Both the position numbers and the translations under genes were made by a program. Below the pieces are notes generated by a model, which saw nothing but the letters and a program-made list of their open reading frames with translations, searched no databases and was not told the origin of the DNA. Below are positions 12,010 to 26,126 of a DNA stretch of 64,000 bases, one piece after another. The DNA is from Botryllus schlosseri (lineage: Eukaryota), in assembly GCA_051294905.1 (NCBI GenBank), contig CM119372.1:34288001-34352000 (forward strand). Reading direction: 5' to 3'. Numbering within the stretch: the stretch's first letter is position 1; every line of letters starts with the position of its first letter.

Positions 12010-15000
12010 CATAAAAATTATTTACTGAACTACGTCTCGACTCAAGAGGAGGAATAATTTTTAAAAATTAGGATATAGTGTATCGGAACGTCGTGAATGT
12101 CTTTTTTTTACTCGGGACGTAGTCCCATTGATCTTTATTATAATGATATACAGTTTACATTATACGACAAACATCATTAGCGATTCCATGCTACGCTTGA
12201 GCACAAATTATCTCAGATACTAACAAGCTTTAAATGAGTCGCCGCCGGCATTTTACTGATGATGTAATTGCCTGACATGCAAAAATTATGTAGAATTAGA
12301 ATGGACGCAAATTCAGTTGCACTGTGAGCTGTAAATTGGTGAGCAGCGTGAAATTACACCCAACTGAAAATATCTCGCAGATATGGTACTACAAAAAGCA
12401 ACTATTCATCGTTTTGTATGGCCACATATTGTGGTGTTGCGACATAGGCTGAACGCGACAGTGCGGGTTTTAAAAGCTGGAAAAGATACTCTGGTATTAT
12501 TTGATTCGGATATTAATTCGACGGAATCTCAAGTTATTCGTAGTCATTGGAGTGATAACTCTATCATAGATGTGAAGGGGAAAGAGATCTTTCGGTTTGT
12601 GGGTGTCGTCAATATTCAACGAAAATCCGGCTACATAATCGTGCGCGGGAGCCATTGTTGAATTTGAATTGATCAACGTAGCGCTATTCATATTGCACTG
12701 TATCGAAAGCATCAATGGTCCTGGCGTAGCTGTTCCTAATCCAGACATTCTGCTCGTACGGATGACAGCAAAGCGAAACCACGAAACCTCGAAACATCAA
12801 TCGATCTGGAGGATTTCAAGCAGCGAATCGACACAATGACTGGCAACGATATCGTTGATATACTAAGCTTCTCTACTTACTTTTCATTCGCACGGGAATC
12901 ATTACCTCAAATATAGCCTATCGGAACTTCATGAATTATTCGTTAGTGTTCCTTTTCTATATACTTTACAAGATTCAGTGTAGAAGTTTAGAAGTGTAGG
13001 AATTTAGTAGAAGTAGTTTTCTGCGTACTTCACAAAATTAAGTGAACTACCTCCCAAATCGGTATGGAACAACATCAAAATCATGACGGAGCAATAGCGA
13101 CTTTTGCGTGAATTTTATTTTTCTTTGCGCAAAACCTAATTTACCTGAATAATGTGAACATGAACCATTGAGCATGCTACTTTTCAAAACGAACATCAAT
13201 ACGACGATAAAACAGCATGAGCTCTAGCAACTTTTAAGTAGTCAGAAACGCAACTTCTATAGAATAACGGAAAGTATTTGACGGATATCCTAACGCCGCT
13301 CATATTGAATGTTATCCATTTATTTGGTGAGTAACGAATTACTCCTGTTTTTTCGGAGTATACTCAGCTAACGTTTGCCTACTCACAGTAGTTACAGAAT
13401 CGGGACTTCGTGAAATTTTATATTAGCTTTGCTTTTCTATCTATACTTGATCAGATGCAGTGTTTAGGTTTAATAAAAGTCCAGAAGTTTAGTAGAAGTA
13501 GTTTTCTTAATTCCTTAATCATCGAATGACAACCTTGAAACTTTGCACGGTGTTTGTTGGTATTGTCATGATATAGAACGGAAAAATCTTGTCTCCTACC
13601 CTGATTGTTCGACGGTTTATTAAATTGGCGGTTCGCGAGCCGCGTGTTTGAGATCTCTGTTTTAGACACTGTAACAATTTCAAGAGGTTGTCAGTGAAAT
13701 TTGAACATTTTGATAAAAATGCGTTCACATCTACCAAATTTCGTATGCAGCATTATTTTAATTCAATATATATCAATTCAATCAGTGAATCCCTGGAATT
13801 TGGAGATTTTGAACAAGCTAATTGTGCGCTCATAGTAGTTATTATGACAAATAGTAGCCTTAGTTACATGGTAGCTTGGCATTTTAGCCAACTTGAGTAC
13901 TTTAAAGAAGTACATGTACTTCTCTGCTCAACATCTCAAACATCAAGGACAAAAATAAACTACGTCCTTCCCTTTCTGAACGATAGAAGTCGAGTTATAG
14001 TCTACAAACATAACCAGTTACTTACTTACTTACTTTGAAATCTCTATTTGTACTTGTATTCGAGCAGAATTGCACGATGTTGAGTACCATCTGAGGGTGT
14101 CTATCATACTGCTGGAAAATTAAGGTTCAGTGCTCGAGTATCAAATTAGATTTACTTGACTAAACTTAGGAGTTATAAGTGATTCGACTAAAGTTTCTAT
14201 GAGGCTAGGTGCTGATAAAAAATCGCCAACTTGATTATTTCGGAATATAGAATAGATGACCAACTTCTTTCGTCGAGCACCATAGGACCCATCATTCATA
14301 CTGAAACTGTAAACATCCTACAGTAAAATGGATGCGATTAAACGATGAAGAATTTTATTCTTAAAATATTACATGAGATAAAACATGCGAACATCCATTA
14401 TCTTGATAATGCCATTGCTATAGATGTCAGTCCGATTCCAACAAACACGAGTCCCTTCCAAACGTTATTGTAGTCGAAAGCGATATTTAAAGAATCCTAC
14501 AAAGCCATCCTGCAACAAAAATAGAAGCCTTAATGATCATACGGAGGAAAGTTATCGTGTCGGGAACCGAATTGGAAGGTATAGCTGAGTAAAATATTAA
14601 TCCCCATAAAACGTACTGGGTGTGGGGTTCGAAGCCTAGACAAATAAGATGATCGTGTTTGAAAATAGATGGAGAATCACTGGATTAAACTTTACTGAAT
14701 ACTCCGCAATGTAAAATTAGTAAACACTATACAAAATCCGGAGTGCCAAAGTCTTTAGTGTAGCGGAATAGTGTAGTTTTCTAACTACTTTACAAATTCA
14801 TACGGTTTTTCTTGGTGCGTTCCAGGATAAATGCAGTTTTCGCGCTTTTTTATTTTTATTTTTATTTTTTCATTAAAATTGGAGCTACTGTATATTATTC
14901 ATCGCCTATATTTAAATTCGATGTGCTAATGCGTTGAGGTTGAAGCTAAAACATCCTATTTCATGCGGCCAAGAAGACTAGCACCGCGTAGCCGAATTTA

Positions 15001-18000
15001 GCATACCGAAAAATATCTACTTTACAAAATTTTCATTTCGTTATGTCCATTAGAGTCGTGTTCATGCGACGAATTTGTCCGACTTACTTGCATGAATTAC
15101 AAGCTTCATAATACAACTAGTTAACACGCGTTGATGTAACGTTCCTCATTTGTATGCATAGCCTACGCGAAATTGGTTACCGAATTTTTCGATTAGTTTA
15201 TATTCCGAATTTTATTTAAAACTGAAACTGTTAAGTACTACTAAAAGTGTTTGAAATATCCTTTGTTAGCCGAGGCGTTAGTACCACCGATCGTATCCAT
15301 TTTTCCTAAAGTATCTTTTCTCCATCCTGCGGCCCTCACCGCGCCACATGGAAACTTTAGTAGAATCACTTATTATAACTCCTCACGTTCACTCAAGTAA
15401 ATCTAATTTGATACTCGAGTACTGAACCTTAATTTTCCAGCAGTGTGATAAACGCCGTCAGATGGTACTCAACATCGCGCAATTCCGCTCGAATACAAGT
15501 AAAAGTACAGATTTCAAAGTAAGTAAGTAAGTGAGTAACTGGTTATGTTTGTAGACTATTTCTCCACTTCTATCGTTCAGAGATGTTGAGCAGAGAAGTA
15601 CATGTATTTCTTCAAAGTACTCAAGTGGTTTTTTTTGCCTACATGCACCAACTACTCAAGTGTTTATGATATAGGCCTGTTTCAAATTCAAGACAGTTTC
15701 AGTATTAAACAAAAATGGACCTTGAATATTAACTTTTACAATGTGAAATTTTATATGCATAAACTAAGAAACGTCACTTTTACAATGGTTCGGTATGATT
15801 TCTATATTATTCCACTCTCGTTATTGGACCGCGGTGTGACGCCGAGCTATATCTCGATGCCTAGGCTTCCGCATTTATTGTTTTTTCGATTTATTCTGCC
15901 CTATGTAGATTTGACATAAGGAAGGTTATTTCACTCATAAAATTCGGAATACGTATTTGCTCGAGTTAAAGCCATAACGTTTGGAGTGAAATTTTACGTG
16001 GTTTTCGTTGATATCCAACTGGGCTAATTTCGAAATGTAAATTGAAAAACTCAAATATCGCATAGTAGGACTTCCCAAATTTTCGGTATATTTTTACTAT
16101 TTCTTCACGGTGATGATAAGTCATTCAGGACAGCGAAATGCATTGTAGGAAATAGATGAAACTGGTACAATTCATCGAGACCCCTGAAAAAAAGTACATT
16201 ACATTTCAACATTTTATTAGCAGGTAATCGAAATACCACAAACTGTGCTAACCTTTGGAGTTGTTAAGTAAAGAAGTATTAACTCATAGGTGTGGATAAT
16301 TTAAAATACAGAGTATTAAAGTCATTAAGAGATATTACCATCTTTAAATCATGGCTATCTGATTGAAGTTGACTAAATTTACGGCTTCAGAACGCGCTAA
16401 TTAGTCCCTGTCGTTATAACGCTAGGGTTCGCGTATATGCGGATAAAGTGTTTGTATAATTACAGCCCTTCGCGCGCCTGCGGCTATAGTTCGTTCGATT
16501 ATTTTCGCCTTGGGATTCGCGTATATGCTACTAAGCTCAGTAAGCTGTTGCGAGTTCGGAACGTGCACATGCGACTGATTTGTTTCCATAGCTCCGAACT
16601 TGAGAATCGCTAACCTGCGTCTAATCAAAATAAGTCGTAAATGTGGAGACCGCAGAAACCGAAACTTGTACTCATAAAATCAAGTTTAAAAATATTGACG
16701 GATGAGTTATCTCCGACCAATAGAGTAATATAACCGCTTATAATTTAGTGGGGTATTGCTAAAATGTATATCCAAACAATCGTTGCAGAATCTGAATGTT
16801 ACCAAGGTCCTTATCACATAAAATCATTCATCAGAAGCGTAGGGATTAATATATTCAAGTCGCAGCGCTCAAAATCGCTTTTCATATTAATTAATTAGTG
16901 ATGATACATTTCAAGTTATTCAATACATATTGCTAAATACACATGGAAAATCGGTATTGAAATTCACAAAACAATGAAATTTGCTCATAAATACACACGA
17001 TGTAGCAATGGGCGTCATATAGGTGCGGCAATGGGGGATGATGTGGCAATGTAGGCGTGGCAATTAAGGCGACGTGGCCTTCTGCGATTGGACGGTAACA
17101 AACGATTCCCATAACACTACTTATAGGCTACTAAACAGACCTTGTACTTGATTCATCCTCCGTATATTATAACAAATGATGACTGAGCATACAACGATTC
17201 CCACAGTCGGTAAATGTATAAGAACAGGTGCCGTATACTTCATGTGGATCCTCTTCACTTCTTCCCTAAACACACCCGGAATTGTTTCAGATTGGCCTAC
17301 ACCACGTATAGTCAAGAAAATTCCTACCTATACGCAAATATGACGCAGTTCTAGCGATGTGATTAGGGAGCAAAGGCGCAAATTCCCCCAATATAGTCTC
17401 GATCTGGGCGTTATGACGACAATATTGTTTGCTATCTAACATTGCATTCGTGACGTCACGTAAATATTTCAAGAGTTTGGACCTAGCAATACATCTATAG
17501 TATAGGCCTGTGCCACATCCTGTGTCACATCCTGTGTCACATCCTATCACATCCTGTCATTGCCTCGATAGCAACCCACCAGCCACTATATCCATTCGAG
17601 CATATCCGAGTATTTCCACTTTCGTCAGTTTCAATCCCTGAGGTAAGCATGCGAACGACACCAATCGAAAGAATGCACTCAATCCAGAGCATCCAGGTCA
17701 GAAGCTAAATGATTACGAATAAGATCACGGTTCGTTACTGAACGAATACATAATGACATTAATAATAAATTCTTACTTGTGCTTTGTTCGGTGTAAATTT
17801 CGCTATGGTTTTGGGAAATTTGAATGCAGCCAGTCTGAAGATGCAGCAGCATAAAATATGGTGACATGTGCACATTTCGGTCACTGCAGCAAGGGTGTGA
17901 GTCAGCTGTGGAAATTTTATCACTATAGTTATCGTTGTACGGTATGGTTAATCAATGGAGAGTAGGAGTGTTCAAAAATATTTGTTTCTACAAATTTCAC

Positions 18001-19854
18001 TGGCTACTTGATCAAATTATTAGGTTGGCTAAAAAACTATGCACAACTAATTTGGTTCAATTCCAACCAGTAGCCGCATTGCTACAAGAGAAAAAAGATT
18101 TGAATTGATTGAATTTGATTCAATTTCAAACAGTAGAAGAGGAATTATAACAGTGTGAAAAATTTGGACAAGAATTAAATAATAACCTGGTCACTGTACT
18201 ATTTCATTCAAATCCAAATTCAATCAATGATTCACACACTACCAATACCTTGCAAACAACCTCCGGAAGTTGAAATACTTTGAGCCCAAGAGTCTTCCTA
18301 TACACAACGAACATGCTGTTCGATGCGGAGACGATGTCGCTGACGCAGAGGCTTATTAGAAGGCGGTTGAAAGCCGTGCTGTATGAATAAGAGATTGCAA
18401 TGTTGTCATGTCGTGATATTCTCACGTACGTTCGTTTATTATTATAGGCCTGTTTATATTCTCCTGTCATCCAATTATCAATCACAGGGTTGCGATACAA
18501 TGTAAAAAAAAAAGGTAAATCTGCCAGACAGATACCGGATTGCAATTAGCCAAAACGGAATTTGTTAATAAAGAGGAACGCGAAAATTGGAAAAAATTGG
18601 GAATAAATTGCAACGAATAGTAGTGTGTCGGTGCGAGATTTCCCATATGTCATATCATGATCCTATAATCTTGAAAGCAAGCCAGCATTTATTAGCTAGA
18701 ACCCGTTAGAAGGACTGCGACCCATACCCGAAGACACATGTTATAAGAACCAAGGGAATATTTTCTTCCGCTATTAGTTATATTGTATGTTGAAATTGTG
18801 CGACATTTATCTAAAGGGGTGGCTTCCTACATTTTATTCGTTATTATCAACTTCTGATTCATTCCGAGTCTTCAATCCCCGCAACCTAAATCCCCTACCC
18901 CCCTTAAAATGCCCCTACGAACCCACTATTGGTGAAAGTTAGGACTGCTCAGAATTCATAGTGACGACATGTGTAGAAAGAGACAATGATTGTGGCATTG
19001 CTCATAATTTTTCTCCACAAACGGGAATTTGATATCGAGATAACTATGGTCGTATTTTATATGATCCTGGGTATTTGCTCGAGTCATATGCCGCACGCTT
19101 CCTAAACCGAGCATTTTAAAAGATACAAAAACGTTGTGCTGTAACGTTAGGTCTGCCGAACGATGACCTAATGGGCGCCATGCTATTCGTTAGTGCTGGT
19201 AATGAACAGTGAACACAGATATTCGATTTCCTATTTGTTCATTCTAAATTATGTAACGACTTTATCGCTACATTTGTTAAAGTCAAAATATTCCCGTTCT
19301 TTACATTATTCAAAGTGCAATGTGCGATTATTTACAAAGAAATAACGGGCAGCCATAATGCCGAAATCTGTCTTTCCGAAACAATCAAGTCTTCCGAATG
19401 ACGGTCATATGAACAGAACACGAATGGTATTGAGTGTTTGCGGTTTGCCGAATATATTTGTCAGAATACCCACAGATTTTGTTCATCGTGTTCGTGATAA
19501 GATCGCGAGATCATAAAAAATGTTCGTCGATTTCCCGAATACCGAAGATTTCTATTCTTACGCAGAGCATGTTATAACCTCCGCAGCTCTTTCATTCTTT
19601 GAGTGCACCCAATGGTAGTGGTTGGCAATAGCCTTTTATTGCAACATAAAACCGCATGTTAATTTTCTGCAACAGCTTTATTGCACTTCATGCTACTCGT
19701 ACCAGAAGCGTTTGTGGTGACATTCGTGGTTATCATGAATTCAAAATGAGTTTTTCTGGATAACATGCGATAAAACTATCGGCTCATAGAGTCCAGAGCA
19801 TTGAACTGTTAACTGTAATCGCGATGTGTTGCACCTCCTTCAATATCTAGATAC

Positions 19855-20590
19855 CAGTGTTGGGATGACTCTAGTCAACTTTTACTGATGACTCGAGTCA
19901 CTTTGCAAAATTGACCTTTCAATTCCAGGTCAAGTAATCGTTGCCGACTAAGTCGCTGTACCTGAAGGTACATGCTCTCGACACGCTGATATGATCTGTG
20001 TGAGCAAGAAATCCTTCAACGACTTCGCAGTCTGGTTACCAGCCTCCGTCGATAAGTGACAAAAGAATTGACCGCAAACGTTGAGAAAGCAATGTCTTTC
20101 TGCCCAGTACCCTAGTATTCTTAACGAATCTCTTGCACAATTTAAATCGGACTGATGTATCAGTGGATACATATATATTACTAGTCAACAATTGTGTCGT
20201 ATCAATGTGTAGGAGGATTGTGCATTACATCACATCATTTCTTACAACTTTTTAAGGTTTCAAATTTTATCATCTATTTTGCGCACAGTTATCGACGTGG
20301 CGCATAGTGAGCCTACGATGCCCTATTGAGGGTGCAATTAACTTAATATTCGTAACTCGATTTGTAATAAATGGTAAATCGATCTGTACTTCAATCATCT
20401 TGCAAAATGTATTGGCTTAAATCATGCCTCGAACTTCGAATATTCGACATGTCTTTGTCACTTGAGTCGACTTGATTTGACTTGACTCGAGTCAACTGCA
20501 ACCATCGAGTGACTGGAATTGACTCCAGTCAGATGTGCAATGACTCTAATTGACATGTGACTCGAAGTTAGCGAGTTGATCCCAACACTG
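19855..20590. mobile_element. Non-autonomous hAT element (same family as 2073-2977)
   Basis: TIR CAGTGTTGGGAT/ATCCCAACACTG; 8-bp TSD CTAGATAC/CTATATAC. Confidence 0.85.
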
Positions 20591-22574
20591 CTATATACCG
20601 TTTGGAATTTTGCACAATTGCGACAGAAACGGCTAAATTCCTCACAAGTGGAAATTCGCAGACATTTGTCTCACTAGGCCACAGTGGCTTAGTTACAGTA
20701 GGTCATGGCTCACCAAGACGCGGCCCGCAAAGTCATAATTGGCACCCCGCGACTTGATATGAGATTTAGGAAGAACGCTTAAGAAAGCAATTAGAAATGC
20801 TGAAATAATTTCAGTTTAAAAATATTGTTTTTGTTGTTCAAAACAAGCTATATTTTCGTGTGCCCAACATCACTATTCCTCACTAGGTGATAAGAAGGGC
20901 GATGTTTTTGACCTAAAAACGGAAGGTTTTAACCTTAAAAATAATAATTTTGACATTTTTCGACCTTAAGAAACTTAATTTTTAACCATATTTCGACTTC
21001 ATGTATGTAACTTGAGTGTTTTACCACATAATGTTAGAATTGCACGACCTATCTTCATTTCTGTTTGGAACCGTCTGTCTTGCGAAGTAGTTTGTCCTGA
21101 TAAAACTTTTTTGGCCTAAAAACTGACATCGTATTACATGAAAAAAAACTTGGTGTTAACAAATCTGGACCTATGAAGAAATCCAGAAGTTACAGTTAGT
21201 CTTATGGTGGAAATAATTAAAATTAGTTGTAATACAACAACGAAAGATACTTTCCTACAGTCTCGGGTAGAAAGTGTCTGTCCTTACCAATCAGCTTGCC
21301 AATAATGGATAAAGAACGTTCAACAGCAGCAGTTGTTGGCTGGTAACACTAAAGTTGTGCCCACACTGCTGGTGACACACCGTGTTGCTTCATTCTAACA
21401 ATGTTGTCTACATCACAATCTTTCATCATGCGCTTCTTCATATACGAACCAATGTCCATGCAGTCTTGCTTCAGTTAGGATATTGCGGTACGTTGAGCAT
21501 AACACCTTGTCAACCTATCTGTTTAATTTGACCGTTTATGATTCACAATGAGCAGATAATGGACCGTCTACAACGGTAGGCCTATAAAGTAGGCTAAAAG
21601 CTGTAAATGTCAAATGATCAGTTCATCCATAGCCTTTATATAGACTACGGTTCATCGACAGGGCAAACATCTACGATACAAACGAAATGCAGTTTGCAAT
21701 TGTTTTACTTTATAAACAATTTTGACAATTTTGACGCCACAATTTTCACAAATTTGACTTATTTTGACATGTCAAAAGTATTGTTTTATCTCGATATTGA
21801 ATTCATACACCCCGCGACCTCTATTAAATTTAAGAAGTGGCTCGCGACCTGTTTTGAGTTGGTGACTCCTACCTACTGCAGGGGTACGCCTTACGGTATT
21901 GTAATAGCTCAACGGACTGCGTTCCGTCCGGTATATTTATGTGTGAAGTTAGTTATCGGTACCGCTATCAACGCTTTTTGGACGTGATTGTTATTTGAAT
22001 TAAACCGCCATGGTATCGTAAGACGCAGTTTCTTCATAATTTCGGCAAGCAGCTATCTAAAATTCAATTTTTTTCCGTTGATCAAGCCGTGAAAGTGCAA
22101 CAACAGTGAAAAAAATGCGTGTCAGTAATATAGCAAATGATATGGAACCGATCTCGCGTTACGTCGACATTGCAGACATCAATGGATTGGGATGAAGTGG
22201 AATGATACTATACGTGAGAATCTTTTAGCTGCAGTTCGAAACCGTTGGCTTTTTAAGTAAAACGGCTGCTGCTAAAATGTTTTTACTACATACAAGTTAG
22301 ATATGCTGCCATATTATGTCAAGAGCGCTTGGCCTCTCTAATGTATGGCTATCATACCAAGGACTCTAGAATGAAATACGATACCAAAATTGACTACGGA
22401 TTAGAAAGACCGTTCAATACTTTTCGAGGGTCTTGTGATCATGTTGAAAATCTATACAAAAACTGCAGTACAACTACATGAAAAAAATATTTTCTACATA
22501 ATTTCGCGACGGTTGTTTGTTTGTTTGATATTCTTGGTGTTTCGACTACAGTGGTCATTTTTACACCAGGTAGA

Positions 22575-22770
22575 TATTCTTTATTTTGATTTCACATTTA
22601 CCGACTTGTAGCACGGCCCTGTCTAGGATTTTGTAAGACACCGCTTACGGGGATCACGTGGCGAGGAGGGGCATAGATAAACCTCCATCACTTCGGTGGG
22701 AATTCTGGAGTCGACCTCGGTTGGACTCGAACCCATAACCTATTGGTATAGCAGCTGTGGATCGCGACGG
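22575..22770 (-). mobile_element. Possible tRNA-derived SINE
   Basis: Pol III B-box GGTTCGAGTCC on the minus strand (22723-22733), followed by a body and an A-rich tail. Ends approximate. Confidence 0.4.
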
Positions 22771-23407
22771 GTAATAGTTAATAATGCAACGATATGTCAA
22801 ATTTTCTTTGAAATGTACTCACGATTTTAAGGTATCTTGGCTGTTGATAACAAGAATCGTGATGATATTGGCGACGATGCCGAATGCAGCTAGAATAGCC
22901 GTTACCACGACGAATACTATTGCTTCCCAGTCTGAGAATGCACCTCTGAAATCGATTAATTTGTAAACAATCGCAGTTTAATATAATATGCCTGTGGTAA
23001 TATGTTTGCCTAAAAAATATTTACCTATCAAACCCATCATCTCTACCGTTAGGAAATCATCGGTGAAACCCACCGATTATCTCATAGCCCACTTCAAGGA
23101 CAGGAGCCTAGGAGATGAAGTTATGGAAGTGGTGTGAATCCATATCGATGATTTTGTTATGGTACCTGTAATCAGAGTACGTCCAATGTCCATATCCAAT
23201 GAAACTAGGGGAAATTCAAAGAAAATGTAACTTGACAAATAACAGCTGACACGAACTTAGTAAACATTCCATAGACTCGTTCTGTCAAAGTCGTCCTTGG
23301 CGAGCAAAATCGTTACCTGATGACGTTTTAACAATAGATATCTAATTGATGTTTGTCAGAAATGCGCATGAGATGGAGAGATACAGTTTATTTACTACCT
23401 CCTAAAC

Positions 23408-26126
23408 CAGACCTGGGCAAAGTGCGGCCCGTGGGACAAATGCCCCGCAAAGCTATTCTGTGCGGCCCGCGAAAGGTTTCTTGGAATTCAAAGCATACAA
23501 CTTGCTTTTTGAATGACGAAAACCATAGGCTGTATCAAATGAACAGGAAATTCGTTTAGTTTGAACCTGTTCATTAATATGCCACGATTACGCTGCCTAC
23601 GTAGGCCTATACCTGGCATGCGTAATCCAGATTCAAGATAAAGGCAATGTGGTAAAGTACGAGTAGCAATTAAAGTCACAAGTAATCACTCTTTTCATAT
23701 AGTTTAGTTCAAACCTTCCTTGTTGCCATTGCCACATTACGTATTATGTGGTATGTGTTTCAATTTGTTACGTGATATGTATACAAATCATTAGTTCGTA
23801 CGACAAGTCGATCAGTGCTCACTATTGCTATGACCAGGGTTGCCATCGACATGGACCCAAAAATAAGGACAGACGAAATATTAGATTAGCATGAGAATGA
23901 TTTTTTGTACACACTATGTATTCATACGGGCTGTTGCATATCACATTCCATACTTTCGCCTGAAACAACATGCTCCAGCCACTCCTTATTATTAGAAAGT
24001 TCTTCGTGGATCACACGACAGCTCAGGCCTCGTCTAGGTTTACCTTTACTCAGGGCCGCAACACAAGTTCGTCAGCCCCCCTCCCCCCCCAAAAAATAAA
24101 ACGTTGGTCCTGCCCCCTTCCCCCATAGGGTGATAAACCAAACTTCTTCACCTCGTTGTGATTAGCGGCGTCAAACAAGATTGAAAATGCCGTACACCAA
24201 GTCTAGACAAAATCATTTCTTGAGCGTATGGAGCAGGAACTCCAGTAACAATGCTTATAGTCAGTGGTGGCTTTTGGGGTGGGAATGATTGCTGGTTTGG
24301 ACAGTATGGAATACCCATTACCCAGTTACCCTCTGCAGCAGCTGCCTTGTAGTCTGTGGTCGTTGGTGCTGATGGACTTGTGGAAAATTTATTCATCGAC
24401 TGGCTCAAATGAATCATCGTAACACACTTCTTGTGTGTTGGGCTATCAATGTGAGTTGAAATTGCGGTATTTCCTATGGCCTCCAGGTTAACGTCACAAT
24501 TGCAGATATCGTGATGTGCGAAACACTCGCCCTTCGAGTTTCGTTAGATACCTTTGAATTCTCTCTCATAATCGTCACAAGACACGTTTATACGCCTGCT
24601 CATTTTAACTAATCAGATTTAGCCTTACTAGTAGCTAAAACTATATGCGCAAGTGCAATATAATTTAGATAAATTTATCAATGATTTATAGCTTTATTAC
24701 TTTTTAACCAATGTGTCGACAGCACTGCGTCTTTTTTTCACTACGCCATAAATGCTGCCTTCCACATAGCTTGAGCTTATTCTGCTGTAGACCAAACAGC
24801 AGGAACCTGGCACCGCTGTTTTCTGCTAAAATGACGTCCGTTGCGGTAGCCTGGTACATAATAAACTGCTGTACCACCAATCACTGCACTAGCTATCTCA
24901 TCACTTAGAAGTCAAATCTTGTGCTGCGTACGTCACGAGAGTTCCTTTCAGTTATGATGTCATAAAATCTCGACGCAAAAGCATAATTTTAGAATATTAT
25001 GCAACACAGATACCAGATGAAAACGGTCGAAGTTCAGTGGTGTAGTGGTTGAAAATAAGACAAAATAAGGACACAAGTCGAAAATAAGGACATTTCTTAG
25101 AAATAAGGACGGTTGCGTTTTCTAAGACGAGACCCTTCAAAATAAGGACAAATCTTAGAAATAAGGACGGTATGGCAACCCTGGCTATGACTTATCATAT
25201 CTATCACACATAAAAGATTAACGGGCATGCCAAAAAAGATAGCCGTAAACTGAAATTCAAAGAAGGTTTAGAATTTACAGCACTAAATATTCGCATACTA
25301 GAGTCAGGGGTAAACCCATCCTTTCCGTTTTTGCCGAGCATGTCGCCGATATCATATCATGATATCATGCCGAAATTAAGAATTTTAATTAAAGTCGTCC
25401 TTATGACAAAAATACGAAACACTCGGTCAAGAGAGGGCGAAGCTCACAAAAACTGCAAGCTTCGTTCGACATAAAGGCTATTTAAGCTGCACACTGCTCG
25501 GATGGCAGCGACCAAGAAAATGTAATCTCTGTACTATTGCATATACATTTCGGTGCAGTGGTTCTCGAACTGGGAGACGTGAAAGCCTCAGATGGGTGGC
25601 GCGAAGTCGAATTTTATTGAAAAATTTTTCGCGCTCCGCGCGATATATTAGACCTTGTAGCTGTTGCTCTGTGTATTGTCCGACTTGGATATTTCATAAT
25701 TAGCTCATCAACACCCATAATCTCTAATACCACCGTTTAGGTTACTAGCATTCTGGTTGCATTTTGTGATATCATGATAAGCGGGCGCAAAATTGTTCAC
25801 TATCACAAAGGACGACGTGCCTAAAAAGTTTGTGGACCACTACTTTAGAGTCTTAATAGAAGAACGCGAATAGGGGTTTGAAGAGAGCTAAAATGTATCA
25901 TGTTTAACATTGTTTCGAATCATGACAGCAACTAGATAATTTTCAATTAACCGTCACTTTCTCATTCCCTAATATCAACACATTCAAGGAGAAGCATTCA
26001 TTACCAATGTAATTTAAAAATAAAATTAAAATGCGCTGGAGAATATAGCTAAACTTTTTCACTCGGCCCGTCAACGTATTTAGTTTTCTCATTTGGTCCG
26101 CGGGGGAAAATAATTGCCCACCCCTG
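23408..26126. mobile_element. hAT-Charlie-like non-autonomous element with nested insertions
   Basis: CAGACCTGGGCAAAGTGCGGCCC ... TTGCCCACCCCTG; TSD TCCTAAAC/TTCTAAAC. Confidence 0.7.
23835..25183 (-). mobile_element. hAT (Blackjack/Tip100-like) deletion derivative retaining an N-terminal transposase zinc-finger remnant
   Basis: TIR CAGGGTTGCCAT/ATGGCAACCCTG; perfect TSD GCTATGAC; AATAAGGAC repeats. Minus-strand remnant ...ICNCDVNL...ISTHIDSPTHKKC...AAAAEG (~24325-24600). Confidence 0.85.

Larger units (their letters stand above)
3988..17121. mobile_element. Non-autonomous Polinton/Maverick-like element built as a giant palindrome (6,377-bp arms, 380-bp spacer)
   Basis: Starts AGTAGTGTTATGGG, ends CCCATAACACTACT. 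TSD TATAGG at 3982-3987 and 17122-17127. Mirrored ORF pairs all sum to 21109 (no net indel). Arms 3988-10364 and 10745-17121. AG...CT (AGTAGT) termini with a 6-bp TSD are established Polinton hallmarks. Confidence 0.85.
3673..23190 (-). pseudogene. Multi-exon class A (rhodopsin-like) GPCR gene, probably pseudogenised; TM7 exon not found
   Basis: Phase-compatible AG/GT-bounded exons: 22945-22823 (TM1, AILAAFGIVANIITILVI); 18378-18249 (TM2, LLISLCVSDIV...VCK); 17905-17777 (TM3, ...ILCCCIFRLAAFKFP); 17704-17141 (TM4 LLTWMLWIEC, ECL2, TM5 LIHLPTVGIVVCSVIICYNIRR; frameshifted); 3774-3673 (TM6, ERQKKQRAAFCQVAVIVLSYLVGCSIPL). Putative N-terminal exon (~23025-23190) has in-frame stops. Confidence 0.75.

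Noticed and set aside
3988..17121. Giant palindrome as a long-read fold-back artefact
   Set aside because: Unique flanks on both sides, an exact 6-bp TSD, canonical termini, arm substitutions and GPCR exons continuing across it all argue that it is real. Read-level confirmation is still needed.
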